This document shows positions 1-9,875 of a stretch of DNA of 64,000 bases, piece after piece. Made by a program: the position numbers and the translations under genes. Position 1 is the stretch's first letter, and each line of letters starts with the position of its first letter. The notes beneath the pieces are model-generated. The model was not told the origin of the DNA. It searched no databases and saw only the letters and a list, made by a program, of their open reading frames with translations. The DNA comes from Candidatus Omnitrophota bacterium (GTDB lineage: Bacteria; Omnitrophota; Gorgyraeia; Gygaellales; Profunditerraquicolaceae), in NCBI GenBank assembly GCA_041649115.1, contig JBAZNT010000010.1, forward strand, positions 3,979 to 67,978, written 5' to 3'.

Positions 1-55
1 ATAGAATTGAGCCCGTGGATTTTCCCGTGGCAGGACCTTATTAAGCGCAGGCACA

Positions 56-1549
56 ATGAAGCAAAACCATAAATTCAAGAGAACGCTTGAAGTCATCCCG
101 GGGGCGATGTCCTGGGGGATAATACTAATCCTGATCCTGCTGGCAGCCATAAAACCGGTGTTTTGCGCTGCCCTGGTTATTACCTTTGATTTTTACTGGA
201 TTGTGCGCACCCTTTATCTTACCACTCTTTTGGTCTTGGCACATCAGAAGCTGCGCCGTCAGAAGAACCGTAACTGGCTGGCAGATTGCCGGGCCCTGAA
301 GGAATGTAAAAACTGGCAGGGACTTTATCACCTGGTTATCTTCCCCGTTTACAAGGAAGGGTTGGATATCCTGCGGCCGTCACTGGCGGCTATCCGGGAT
401 ACCAATTACCCCAAGGACAAGATTATCGTGGTAATGGCTTTTGAGGAACGCCACCAGCCCTCACGACAGCTATCAGAGGAATTAGAGAGGGAATTCAAGG
501 ATTGCTTCTTCGGTTATCTTACCAGTATGCACCCCGACGGCCTGCCGGGAGAGGCCCGCACCAAGGGCGCTAACGCCACCTGGGCGGCAAAGAAAGCCAG
601 GGATTTCCTGGATGCCAAAGGAATACCGTACGAAAGGGTGCTGCTTTCCTGCTTCGACGCCGATACCTGCGTGGAAAAGGAATACTTCGGCTGCCTTAGT
701 TATCATTTCCTGACTACGCCCAATCCGCACCAGGCGAGTTACCAGCCCATACCGGTTTATAACAACAATATCTGGAATGCCCCTTCTTTGGCCAGGCTGG
801 TTGAGATCAGCGCTTCTTACTGCCAGATGATCGAAAGCATGCGGCTGGAAAAATTCGTGACCTTCTCCAGCCACAGCATGAGTTTTAAGACCATCGTTGA
901 CATCGATTACTGGCCGGTGAACATGATATCCGATGATTCGGTAGTCTACTGGAAGGCATTTATTTTTTACAACGGCAACTACCGGGTAGTGCCGCTTTAC
1001 ATTACGGTTTCCATGGATGTGGCATACTCCAGTAATCTCTGGAGGACGCTTGCGGTTCAGTATAAGCAGAAGCGCAGATGGGCCTGGGGGGTGGAGAATT
1101 TTCCTTTTGTGCTGAGCCGTTTCTTCAACAATAACGATATCCCTTTTCTCCTTAAGGCGCGGCGGGCGTTCCATCTCCTGGAGAGCCATGTTACCTGGGC
1201 GATCTGGGCGGTCATTATTACGTTGTTGGCGCCGCTTCCGGTGCTTCTGGGAGGGGCTTTATTCCACCAGATGCCCATTGGCTACAACCTGCCTTTGATC
1301 ACCGGGCTGCTTTTGAGGTTTACTCTCGGAACGAGCCTTGTCTGGATACTGCTCAGCCGCACGATGCTGCCACCGAGGCCGAGGGACGTGCCGTGGATGA
1401 AAAACATCGTTATGGTCCTGGAGTGGGTTATTGTGCCGCTTATTATTTTGATACTCGGCTCGACTCCCGCACTGGATGCGCAGACCAGGCTTGCGCTGGC
1501 TAAGTATATGGAATTTTATCCTACCGAAAAGAAACGCAAAGTGGTATAA
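56..1549 (+). CDS. Family-2 glycosyltransferase, polytopic membrane protein (processive beta-glycan synthase-like)
   Basis: 497-aa ORF with TM segments at both ends. It has a DxD-type motif (SCFDADT) and the Q-x-x-RW motif (QKRRWAWG) typical of processive GT2 enzymes. Confidence 0.75.
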   Translation: MKQNHKFKRTLEVIPGAMSWGIILILILLAAIKPVFCAALVITFDFYWIVRTLYLTTLLVLAHQKLRRQKNRNWLADCRALKECKNWQGLYHLVIFPVYKEGLDILRPSLAAIRDTNYPKDKIIVVMAFEERHQPSRQLSEELEREFKDCFFGYLTSMHPDGLPGEARTKGANATWAAKKARDFLDAKGIPYERVLLSCFDADTCVEKEYFGCLSYHFLTTPNPHQASYQPIPVYNNNIWNAPSLARLVEISASYCQMIESMRLEKFVTFSSHSMSFKTIVDIDYWPVNMISDDSVVYWKAFIFYNGNYRVVPLYITVSMDVAYSSNLWRTLAVQYKQKRRWAWGVENFPFVLSRFFNNNDIPFLLKARRAFHLLESHVTWAIWAVIITLLAPLPVLLGGALFHQMPIGYNLPLITGLLLRFTLGTSLVWILLSRTMLPPRPRDVPWMKNIVMVLEWVIVPLIILILGSTPALDAQTRLALAKYMEFYPTEKKRKVV

Positions 1550-1578
1550 TAATTCACCATTTCAATCAGGAGGTATTA

Positions 1579-2652
1579 ATGAATATCAAGGGTTACCTAA
1601 AGATGATGGTAGAGAGGAACGCCTCGGATATGTTCTACCGCACCGGCTCTAACGTGCGCATGCGCATTGACGGCAAGGTAGTAAGCGTGGACGAGCGCAT
1701 CGTTACCCTCGATGAGGTCAACGACGCCGTCAAGGACCTGACCTCCAACGAGCTGAAGGATTTTTTCCAGAGGCACCTGGATGTGGATTTCGGCATCTAC
1801 CTGCCGGAGCTGGGGCACCGTTTCCGTATCAGCATCTTTATGCAGCGCAACTGGCCGGCGCTGGTTATCAGGAATATCCGCTCAGACGTGCAGACCTTTG
1901 AGGAGCTGAACCTTCCCGCAGAGGTGCTGCGTAAATTATCCCTTGAGGCCCGCGGCCTCATCCTTTTGACCGGCAGCGCCGGCAGCGGCAAGTCCACTAC
2001 CATCGCCAGCATGATAGGGTATATTAACCAGGAGAACCACAAGCATGTCCTTACGGTGGAGGAGCCGATTGAGTTTACTTTCAAGGACAAGAATTCCATT
2101 GTCAACCAGAGGGAACTGGGGATGGATGTTTCTTCCTATGCGGTGGCCCTGCGCTCCTTTACGCTGCAGAGCCCCGACGTTATCTACATCGGCAACATCC
2201 GTGATTACGAGACCATGGCCGCTGCCCTTACCGCAGCGGAGATGGGGGTTTTGGTTTTAAGCACCATGCATACCATCAATGCCAGCCAGACAGTGGAGAG
2301 GATTGTGAATTTCTTCCCTCCGCATCAGCACCAGCAGACCCGTACGCAGTTATCTTCTTTGTTAAAAGGCGTTATATCGTTGAGGCTCGTCCCCTTAAAG
2401 GACGGCCCGGGCCGTATACCGGCTTACGAGACCATGCTTCTTACGCCTACTATCAGCCGCCTTATCCGCGAAGGAAAGACCTGGGAAATACCCCAGTTTA
2501 TCGAGGACGGCTCGATCTTCGGGATGCAGTCTTTTACCCAATCGCTCATCAGGCTGGTGCGCGAAGGCAAGATCGGCGAGGAAGAGGCCTGCAGGGTGGC
2601 GGATAACAGCGATGAATTTCTCTTGGCCTTGAAAGGTATCAAGCGTTTGTAA
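1579..2652 (+). CDS. pilT: Type IV pilus retraction ATPase PilT/PilU family
   Basis: 357 aa. Walker A is GSAGSGKST. The PilT-like block LVLSTMHT is present, and the length and architecture are typical. An SD (AGGAGG) lies upstream of the ATG. Confidence 0.88.
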   Translation: MNIKGYLKMMVERNASDMFYRTGSNVRMRIDGKVVSVDERIVTLDEVNDAVKDLTSNELKDFFQRHLDVDFGIYLPELGHRFRISIFMQRNWPALVIRNIRSDVQTFEELNLPAEVLRKLSLEARGLILLTGSAGSGKSTTIASMIGYINQENHKHVLTVEEPIEFTFKDKNSIVNQRELGMDVSSYAVALRSFTLQSPDVIYIGNIRDYETMAAALTAAEMGVLVLSTMHTINASQTVERIVNFFPPHQHQQTRTQLSSLLKGVISLRLVPLKDGPGRIPAYETMLLTPTISRLIREGKTWEIPQFIEDGSIFGMQSFTQSLIRLVREGKIGEEEACRVADNSDEFLLALKGIKRL

Positions 2653-2682
2653 TCATCAATAATCGGTAACAGGGGGTATGCA

Positions 2683-3793
2683 ATGTTAGAGGCTATCGCG
2701 GAAAAACTCTCCTATATCCAGGCTCACCTTGAACAGCTTAGAGGTTATCTTTGACGTCGATAACAAAAAAAAGCTGATAGATGAGTTGTCCTCTCGGATG
2801 TCTGATCCGGGTTTCTGGAACGACACCGAGAAATCCTCCCAGACGGTAAGAAAGCTTAAAATCCTAAGATCCGCGGTAGAGCCATGGCAGGATGCTTTCC
2901 GCGAGCACCTGGAATTAAAAGAACTCGCGGAGATTACCGGAGCCAATGAGGCGGGCTTGCTGGAGGGTCTTGCCCGGGGCTGCGAAGGCCTCATTAAGAA
3001 GATAGATAAACTTGAATTCGCCAGTCTTTTAGACGGCGAGTTTGACCCTAATAACGCAATCTTAAGCATTAACGCAGGAGCCGGGGGCACCGAATCCTGC
3101 GATTGGGTAGGAATGCTTTTTCGCATGTATAACCGCTGGGCAGAGAGGCGGGGTTACAACGTCAAGGTTATTGACGTGCTTTTCGGGGAAGAAGCGGGCA
3201 TCAAGAACGCCATGCTCCTGGTGGAAGGGGAATACGCTTACGGGTATCTGAAGGCAGAGCGCGGGGTGCACCGGCTGGTGCGCATCTCTCCCTTTGACGC
3301 AAATAAGCGCCGCCATACATCTTTTGCCTCCGTAGACGTGATACCTGAGCTTGAAAATGAGGCAGAGATAGATATCAACGAAAAGGACCTTGCTATAGAA
3401 ACCTACCGTTCATCCGGACCGGGCGGCCAGCACATGCAGAAGACCGATTCGGCGGTGAGGATTACGCACCTGCCTACGGGTATCGTAGTGCAGTCGCAGA
3501 ACGAGCGCTCGCAGCATCAGAACAAGCAGAATGTCCTCAGGATCCTGAAGGCCAGGCTTTATGAACTGGAGCAGAAAAAAAAGGAGCAGGAGCTGGCAAG
3601 CCTGGGAGGGCAGAAGAAGAAGATTGAATGGGGCAGCCAGATACGCTCTTACGTGATGCACCCCTATAATATGGTAAAGGACCACCGCAGCGGATACGAA
3701 ACCGGCAACGTCGGTTCATTCATGGACGGAGAAATAGATTCCGCCATCGAGGCGTATTTAAAGACGCAGAAATTAGGAAACCGCAGGAAATAA
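2683..3793 (+). CDS. prfB: Peptide chain release factor 2, expressed through a programmed +1 frameshift (ORF0 2683-2751, then frame +1 from 2753)
   Basis: ORF0 reads [23 protein letters not shown] and ends at in-frame TGA 2752-2754 inside CTT TGA C. The downstream frame continues D-VDNKK..., giving the conserved LRGYL-D junction. The SPF (RISPFD) and GGQ (GPGGQH) motifs are present. The TTG start at 2729 in the ORF track is an artefact. Confidence 0.93.
2740..2755 (+). promoter_or_regulatory. RF2 autoregulatory +1 frameshift site (internal SD-like AGAGGT, 3-nt spacer, slippery CTT TGA C)
   Basis: The sequence AGA GGT TAT CTT TGA C parallels the E. coli prfB site AGG GGG TAT CTT TGA C. Confidence 0.9.
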
Positions 3794-3800
3794 TAAAGGC

Positions 3801-6749
3801 TTGGATATGTTGGTTTTTATCAAGAAGCAATTACTTAAGAACAAGCAGGGCACGCTGAAGAGGAAGTATCCGGGGGTCAGTATCGCGCTTCATCCCGAGA
3901 TGCCCAGCCCTTCCCTCGCCAAGATGGTAGAGCTCGCCGGGATTGTGGATAAGGTTAATAAGCTTGAGCCGGCGATACAGTCCCTTTCAGACAGCGGGAT
4001 AAAAGCCAAGACCGCCTCTTTCAGGGAAGCGATCAATGCCAAGGCCGTAGAGTATGACGCGGCTATTAAAGAGCTGGAAGAGGCGATGCTGTCGGTGGCA
4101 ATGCCGGAAGAAAAGGAGAGGCTTAAGGAGAAGCTCAGGGATACCAGGAATAAGATATTCAGCGATATCCTGCCTGAGGCATTTGCAGTTGTGAGGGAGG
4201 CCTCGCGCCGCACCATAGGCCTTAGGCATTTTGACGTGCAGATCGCGGGAGGGGTGGTTTTGCATGAAGGCAAGATTTCGGAGATGGCTACCGGGGAAGG
4301 CAAGACCCTGGTAGCAACGCTGCCGGCTTATCTGAATGCGCTCCTTGGCAGGGGGGTGCACGTGATTACGGTTAACGATTACCTGGCGCGCCGCGACCGG
4401 GAATGGATGGGGCCGGTTTATGAATTCCTGGGTTTAAGCGTCGGGGTCATCCAGCACGATATGCCGGACGAAGAGAGAAAACTCGCCTATGCCTGCGATA
4501 TTACTTACGGCACAAATAACGAGTTTGGTTTTGATTACCTGCGCGACAACATGAAATATAACGTAGGTGACCTGGTGCAGCGGCCGTTCTATTATGCCAT
4601 CGTAGATGAGGTTGACTCCATCCTGATAGACGAGGCGCGCACCCCGCTGATTATATCCGGCCCGGCTGAGGAATCTACCGAAAAGTATTATACCGCCAAG
4701 GTCATCAGCCAGCAGTTGAAAGGCCGCAGGGTAACCGAGGCCGATGAGATTGAGGCCAAGCACCGGGGTGAAAACCTCGCCGTCGGATATGACTATCTTG
4801 CCGACGAAAAGAACAATACCATTTCTTTAACCGAGGAGGGCGAGGCCAAGGCCACCAAGCTCTGGGGCGTAGAAAGCCTGCACACCATCGAGACCACGGA
4901 ATACCGCCACCATAGCATCCAGGCGCTCAGGGCAAAGGAGTTCTTCAAGCGCGACGTCCATTACGTCGTCAAGGACGGCCAGGTCATTATCGTAGATGAG
5001 TTTACCGGCAGGCTCATGCCGGGGAGGCGCTGGTCCGACGGCCTGCATCAGGCGGTAGAGGCAAAGGAAGGAATGAGGATTGAGCGGGAGAACCAGACGC
5101 TCGCCACCATTACCTTCCAGAATTATTTCCGCATGTACGAGAAGTTGGCCGGCATGACCGGTACCGCCTTTACCGAGGCCAATGAGTTCAAGTCCATTTA
5201 CAAGCTCGACGTCGTGGTTATCCCCACCAACAGGATGCTGATGCGCAGCAATTACCCTGACCGCGTTTATAAGAGCGAAAAGGAGAAGTTTGGTTTGGTG
5301 GTAGAGGAGATCTCCGAGCTTTACAAGGCCGGCAGGCCGGTTTTGGTAGGGACGATTTCGATTGATAAGTCCGAGCGGCTATCGGAGATGCTCAAGCGCC
5401 GCGGCATCTCCCATCAGGTGCTGAATGCCAAATATCACGAACAGGAGGCGCAGATTGTAGCCCAGGCCGGACGTTACCGGGCAGTGACTATCGCTACCAA
5501 TATGGCGGGGCGCGGCACAGACATACTTCTCGGAGGCAATCCCGAATATATGGCGCGCAGCTTTGCGCGGGAGAAGCTGCCTGCGGATGAGGCGAATTAT
5601 AAGGAGGAATACCTTAAGATCTTAGAGCGCTACCGTAAACAGGCCCAGGAGGAACACGATAAGGTCGTATCTTTAGGCGGGCTCCATGTCATAGGCACGG
5701 AGCGCCATGAGGCCAGGCGTATTGATAATCAGTTGCGCGGGCGCTGCGGCAGGCAGGGGGACCCCGGCTCTTCGAGATTCTATGTTTCCCTGGAAGACGA
5801 CCTCATGCGGCTGTTCGGGTCTGACCGCCTGATCGGGATTATGAACAGCCTCGGCCTGGAGGAAGGGCAGGTTATCGAGCACCCCTGGGTCACTAAGTCC
5901 ATTGAGATTGCGCAGCGCAGGGTCGAGCAGCACAATTTTGAGATACGCAAGCAGATACTGGAATATGATAACGTGATGAATAAGCAGCGTGAGGTAATCT
6001 ACGCCCAGCGCCGCGAAATACTGGAGGGTGTTTCGTTAAAGGAGTATATCCTGGAGGTTCTAAGGAAGGTGCTTGGCGAGCTGGTATCAACCTATGCCCC
6101 TGAATCCGGCGAGATAGACTCGGTGGGCCTGGAGAATATCTTAAGATTAAGGTTCGGGTTGCAGCTTGATAGCGCGCAGATCGATAATTCTGCGGGGAGG
6201 CAGATTGAGGAAGATGTTTACCAGAAGGCCTCCCTTGCTTACGATGCCAAAGAGCGCGATATCGGAAGCGATGTTATGCGCCAGTTGGAACGCATGGTTT
6301 TCCTGCAGATTATCGACAACAAATGGAAAGACCACCTTTATGCCATGGATAGCCTGCGCGAGGGTATCGGCCTGCGCGCCTATGGCCAGCGCGACCCCTT
6401 GATTGAGTATAAACGCGAGTCATTTCAGATGTTCAGCGACATGATGAGCGGCATAGAGGAAGAGGCCTTGGATATTATATTTAAGTTGCAGCCTGCCAGG
6501 CCCAGCGCTCCCCTGCGCGGCGCATTCAGTGCGGTATCCAAAGAGATGCTTCATCCCGAGGCAGAGGCATTTTCCTCTCCTGCGGCTACGGAGGATAAAC
6601 ATGTGACAGCACCCCCCTCCGTTACCCCTGTTTCGCAATCCTCCCATATTAAGGTCGGCAGGAACGATCCCTGCCCTTGTGGGAAAAAAGATCCTGTAAC
6701 TGGCAAGCCGGTTAAATATAAAAAATGTTGTTATCCAAAATATGGATAG
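3801..6749 (+). CDS. secA: Preprotein translocase ATPase SecA (alternative start ATG 3807)
   Basis: 982 aa. DEAD-like motor blocks are present ([43 protein letters not shown]). The C-terminal Zn-finger tail is CPCGKK...KKCC. Confidence 0.95.
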   Translation: MDMLVFIKKQLLKNKQGTLKRKYPGVSIALHPEMPSPSLAKMVELAGIVDKVNKLEPAIQSLSDSGIKAKTASFREAINAKAVEYDAAIKELEEAMLSVAMPEEKERLKEKLRDTRNKIFSDILPEAFAVVREASRRTIGLRHFDVQIAGGVVLHEGKISEMATGEGKTLVATLPAYLNALLGRGVHVITVNDYLARRDREWMGPVYEFLGLSVGVIQHDMPDEERKLAYACDITYGTNNEFGFDYLRDNMKYNVGDLVQRPFYYAIVDEVDSILIDEARTPLIISGPAEESTEKYYTAKVISQQLKGRRVTEADEIEAKHRGENLAVGYDYLADEKNNTISLTEEGEAKATKLWGVESLHTIETTEYRHHSIQALRAKEFFKRDVHYVVKDGQVIIVDEFTGRLMPGRRWSDGLHQAVEAKEGMRIERENQTLATITFQNYFRMYEKLAGMTGTAFTEANEFKSIYKLDVVVIPTNRMLMRSNYPDRVYKSEKEKFGLVVEEISELYKAGRPVLVGTISIDKSERLSEMLKRRGISHQVLNAKYHEQEAQIVAQAGRYRAVTIATNMAGRGTDILLGGNPEYMARSFAREKLPADEANYKEEYLKILERYRKQAQEEHDKVVSLGGLHVIGTERHEARRIDNQLRGRCGRQGDPGSSRFYVSLEDDLMRLFGSDRLIGIMNSLGLEEGQVIEHPWVTKSIEIAQRRVEQHNFEIRKQILEYDNVMNKQREVIYAQRREILEGVSLKEYILEVLRKVLGELVSTYAPESGEIDSVGLENILRLRFGLQLDSAQIDNSAGRQIEEDVYQKASLAYDAKERDIGSDVMRQLERMVFLQIIDNKWKDHLYAMDSLREGIGLRAYGQRDPLIEYKRESFQMFSDMMSGIEEEALDIIFKLQPARPSAPLRGAFSAVSKEMLHPEAEAFSSPAATEDKHVTAPPSVTPVSQSSHIKVGRNDPCPCGKKDPVTGKPVKYKKCCYPKYG

Positions 6750-6854
6750 GGAGATTTTTGTAATTTTCTGAGTTTTATTCTTAACGCAGGTATATCATTT
6801 CTGGTTTTTAAAGTAAGGTGTTTTCTTGTAAACAGTGCGTGGCAATTGGAGTAA

Positions 6855-8387
6855 GTGCGAGTAGATTTATTTTTTATGAAAAAGGGCATTTTTTTATCTA
6901 TTTTATCCGGCCTGCTGCTGATTTTTTCCTTCCCAAGTTTTAATCTTTGGATATTTGCTTGGTTTGCCTTTGTGCCCCTGTTTCTTGCGCTTGAGGACTG
7001 CTCTAAAAAGAAGGCTTTTTTATTATCTTACCTGGCAGGAATAGTATTCTGGCTGGGCACTATATATTGGCTGGTGCATGTTACGCTTGCCGGGATGCTG
7101 CTGCTTGTGCTTTACCTGGCTTTATATTTTGGCGTCTTCGGGCTGATAATCTCGCAATCCCGCAGGTTGCCTGTTATCTGCCTTCTGTTTTTTCTGCCTT
7201 CTGTCTGGGTTTTACTGGAGTACCTGCGCAGTCATCTCTTTACGGGCTTTGGATGGGCGCTCCTGGCCCATTCCCAGTATCTTAACCTCCCGGCCATTCA
7301 GATAGCAGATATCACCGGAGCTTACGGCGTCTCATTTATATTGCTGATGGCGAATGCGGGGATAAAGGAGCTTGTTATATTTGCGAGGCGGGGAGGCGAC
7401 AGGAAAAAATCGGCAGCAGCAATATTATTATGCCTGGCGATGATAGGGGGGGTATTTTTCTACGGCTACTTACGCCTGAATATTATAAGACAAAAAGCCC
7501 TTTATGCTTCGCTTCGCGTCTCGGTTATCCAGGGCAATATCGCCCAGCATCTTAAATGGAGGCCGATTGCAAAAAATTACATCCTCCGTAAGTACCTTGA
7601 CCTTTCCCTGGAGGCGGGCGGGAGTAATCCTGACGTGATGATCTGGCCGGAAGCCAGCCTGCCGGCAGTGGTTGAGCAAGAGCCGTTCTTTTTTGAGGCA
7701 GCCAGGAGATTGTCCGATGATATGGGTATTCCTCTTCTGGTGGGGGCGGTTACGCTGCGAGACGGCATTTATTATAACAGCGCTTTTTTAATTACATCCT
7801 ACCAGCAGGAGCCTACCCGTTACGATAAATTGCATCTGGTGCCCTTCGGTGAATATATCCCGCTTAAGAATTTCTTCAGCTTTTTGGAAACAATCGTGCC
7901 CATAGGCGATTTTAGCCCCGGCAGGGAGTATGCGGTTTTTACCCTTCCCGGCGCACGCAGCCAAGGGCCGGTGAGGTTCTCCGTCCTCATCTGTTTTGAG
8001 GATTTGTTTCCTCAGTTATCTCGCCGCTTTGTCGCAAAAGGCGCGGATTTCCTGGTCAATATTACCAATGACGCCTGGTTCGGCGAATCCTCGGCTCCCT
8101 ATCAGCATCTTTCTGCTTCTGTCCTGCGTGCAGTAGAAAATAGGGTTCCCCTGGTGCGCGCTGCCAATACCGGCGTCTCGGGGTTCATCTCAGCCGAAGG
8201 CAGGATTATTTCGCTGGCGGAGGATAACCGCGGGAAAAATATTTTTATTGAGGGGTATCTTAACGACGAAATAAATATCTTGAGGGGTGGCCCGGCATTT
8301 TATACGCGTTTCGGCGACCTGGCAATTTTGGTTTGTCTTATCTTGGCGTTTTACGGCATCGTGCGCATTTTAAGGGGCGAGAGATGA
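6855..8387 (+). CDS. lnt: Apolipoprotein N-acyltransferase (start may be ATG 6876)
   Basis: The N-terminal half is polytopic and is followed by a CN-hydrolase domain with the catalytic Cys context (VLICFEDLFP). Length is typical. Confidence 0.88.
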   Translation: MRVDLFFMKKGIFLSILSGLLLIFSFPSFNLWIFAWFAFVPLFLALEDCSKKKAFLLSYLAGIVFWLGTIYWLVHVTLAGMLLLVLYLALYFGVFGLIISQSRRLPVICLLFFLPSVWVLLEYLRSHLFTGFGWALLAHSQYLNLPAIQIADITGAYGVSFILLMANAGIKELVIFARRGGDRKKSAAAILLCLAMIGGVFFYGYLRLNIIRQKALYASLRVSVIQGNIAQHLKWRPIAKNYILRKYLDLSLEAGGSNPDVMIWPEASLPAVVEQEPFFFEAARRLSDDMGIPLLVGAVTLRDGIYYNSAFLITSYQQEPTRYDKLHLVPFGEYIPLKNFFSFLETIVPIGDFSPGREYAVFTLPGARSQGPVRFSVLICFEDLFPQLSRRFVAKGADFLVNITNDAWFGESSAPYQHLSASVLRAVENRVPLVRAANTGVSGFISAEGRIISLAEDNRGKNIFIEGYLNDEINILRGGPAFYTRFGDLAILVCLILAFYGIVRILRGER

Positions 8388-8872
8388 AAAAAGTTTTACT
8401 GTCTATACTGATACTTCTTCCGGTTTACCTGTTTTTCAGCCTTTATTTTGCCGATAAATATTATTTTCTTTGCCCTATCGAGTATCAGAGTGATATTGTC
8501 ATTCGTTCTGACGGCATGGGGGAAGGGATTTTTGGCAGCCGCCGCAGCGGCGGCAGGATGCACCAGGGGCTGGATTTATACGCTGAGGTTGGCACCCCGA
8601 TCCTTGCCAGCCGTTCCGGGGTTGTGGCGCGCACCGGAAGAACCAGAGGAATGGGTAATTTCATTATCCTGAAGCACCCGGGGGATATCTTTACCGTTTA
8701 CGGCCATCTTTCGGAGATATGCGTGCGTCCGTTGGAGTTGGTGCGTCAGGGCCAGGTAATCGGCGCGGTAGGCAAGACCGGCAACGCCAATTATGAAAAC
8801 ATGCAGCCGCACCTGCATTTTGAGGTAAGGCAGGGGGGGGTAGCCCATGATCCGGCGGACTACCTGCAGTAG
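8384..8872 (+). CDS. M23 family metallopeptidase (secreted or membrane-anchored)
   Basis: HxxxD (HQGLDL) and HxH (HLHFE) motifs follow an N-terminal hydrophobic segment. ATG 8384 overlaps the lnt stop (ATGA). The upstream extension of the tracked ORF (8333) lies inside lnt. Confidence 0.85.
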   Translation: MKKVLLSILILLPVYLFFSLYFADKYYFLCPIEYQSDIVIRSDGMGEGIFGSRRSGGRMHQGLDLYAEVGTPILASRSGVVARTGRTRGMGNFIILKHPGDIFTVYGHLSEICVRPLELVRQGQVIGAVGKTGNANYENMQPHLHFEVRQGGVAHDPADYLQ

Positions 8873-8878
8873 AAGCGG

Positions 8879-9772
8879 TTATTTTTTATTTCTTTTCTTT
8901 TCGCGCGGCTCCATATGCACTACTACGTCCGAGACCGCGGGTATCCCGTTTTTAATCGCCTCTTCAATCCGGTAGCTGATTTTGTGCGCTTCTTCAATGT
9001 GCATCGCGGGGTCTACCTGCACATGCAGGTCTATATTGATGTCATCCGGCCTGCCCCGGGAGCGTATCTTGTGGCAGGCCTTGACCCCTTTTACCCCCAG
9101 CACGATGTCGGAAATTTTTTTATCCTCTATTATCGCCGCGGTGTCGCAGAGGACGCGCGCGCCTTCCCTGACAATCTCCAGCCCCGCGTAGGCGATGAAG
9201 AGGGCGATGATAATTGTAGCAATGGGGTCAAGAATGGGGAACCCCGATTTAATGGCAAGCAAGGTGACGATAACCGAGAACGAGGTAAAGATATCGGCCC
9301 TGGTATGCATGGCGTCGGCAATCAGGAAGTCGCTTTTAAGTTCCCTGCCTCTCTTTTGCTCGTAGTTCATAATCCAGATATTCGCCGCGACGGTAATCAG
9401 CATTACCGCAAAATTTCCCGCGTTGACCTGCGGCAGGACGGGATGCCGGAATCTCTCAATGCCGGCTTCGATTATCTGAAAGGAGAGCAGGAATAGTAGC
9501 GCCGCTATCCCCAGGGAAAAGAAGGTTTCGTATTTTTTATGGCCGTAAGGATGATCTTTGTCCCGGGGTTGGGAGGAGAGCGTTATGCCGATAATCCCGA
9601 TGATATTTGAGGCACCGTCTGAAAGGGAATGAAAGCCGTCGGCAGCCATGCTGGAGCACCTGCTGAAGAGCCCGTAGATAATCTTGGCGAATGCTACTGC
9701 CCAGTTCAATGCCAGGGTCAGAAGAAGGATACGCTTGATGGCGCGGTAGTGTTTGAGGCCGAGTTGTTCCAT
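8879..9772 (-). CDS. Cation diffusion facilitator (CDF) family divalent metal efflux transporter
   Basis: 297 aa with six TM segments. CDF signatures are present (HSLSDGASN, DAMHTRADIFTS) plus a C-terminal cytoplasmic domain. This is the only minus-strand gene in the window. Confidence 0.88.
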   Translation of the reverse strand: MEQLGLKHYRAIKRILLLTLALNWAVAFAKIIYGLFSRCSSMAADGFHSLSDGASNIIGIIGITLSSQPRDKDHPYGHKKYETFFSLGIAALLFLLSFQIIEAGIERFRHPVLPQVNAGNFAVMLITVAANIWIMNYEQKRGRELKSDFLIADAMHTRADIFTSFSVIVTLLAIKSGFPILDPIATIIIALFIAYAGLEIVREGARVLCDTAAIIEDKKISDIVLGVKGVKACHKIRSRGRPDDINIDLHVQVDPAMHIEEAHKISYRIEEAIKNGIPAVSDVVVHMEPREKKRNKK

Positions 9773-9875
9773 AGTTTGAATTATACCTTTTTTTATTAAT
9801 ATTTCAATCCTTTGTTACTTTTCTCAAGGACCGTATTGATTTAGGTGCCTTTATATGATAAGATAGTTAACCGTT

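Noticed and set aside
2729-3793. The TTG-initiated 354-aa RF2 ORF as given in the track.
   Set aside because: It lacks the conserved N-terminal 23 residues. The canonical CTT TGA C frameshift cassette and the upstream ATG 2683 explain the gene better.
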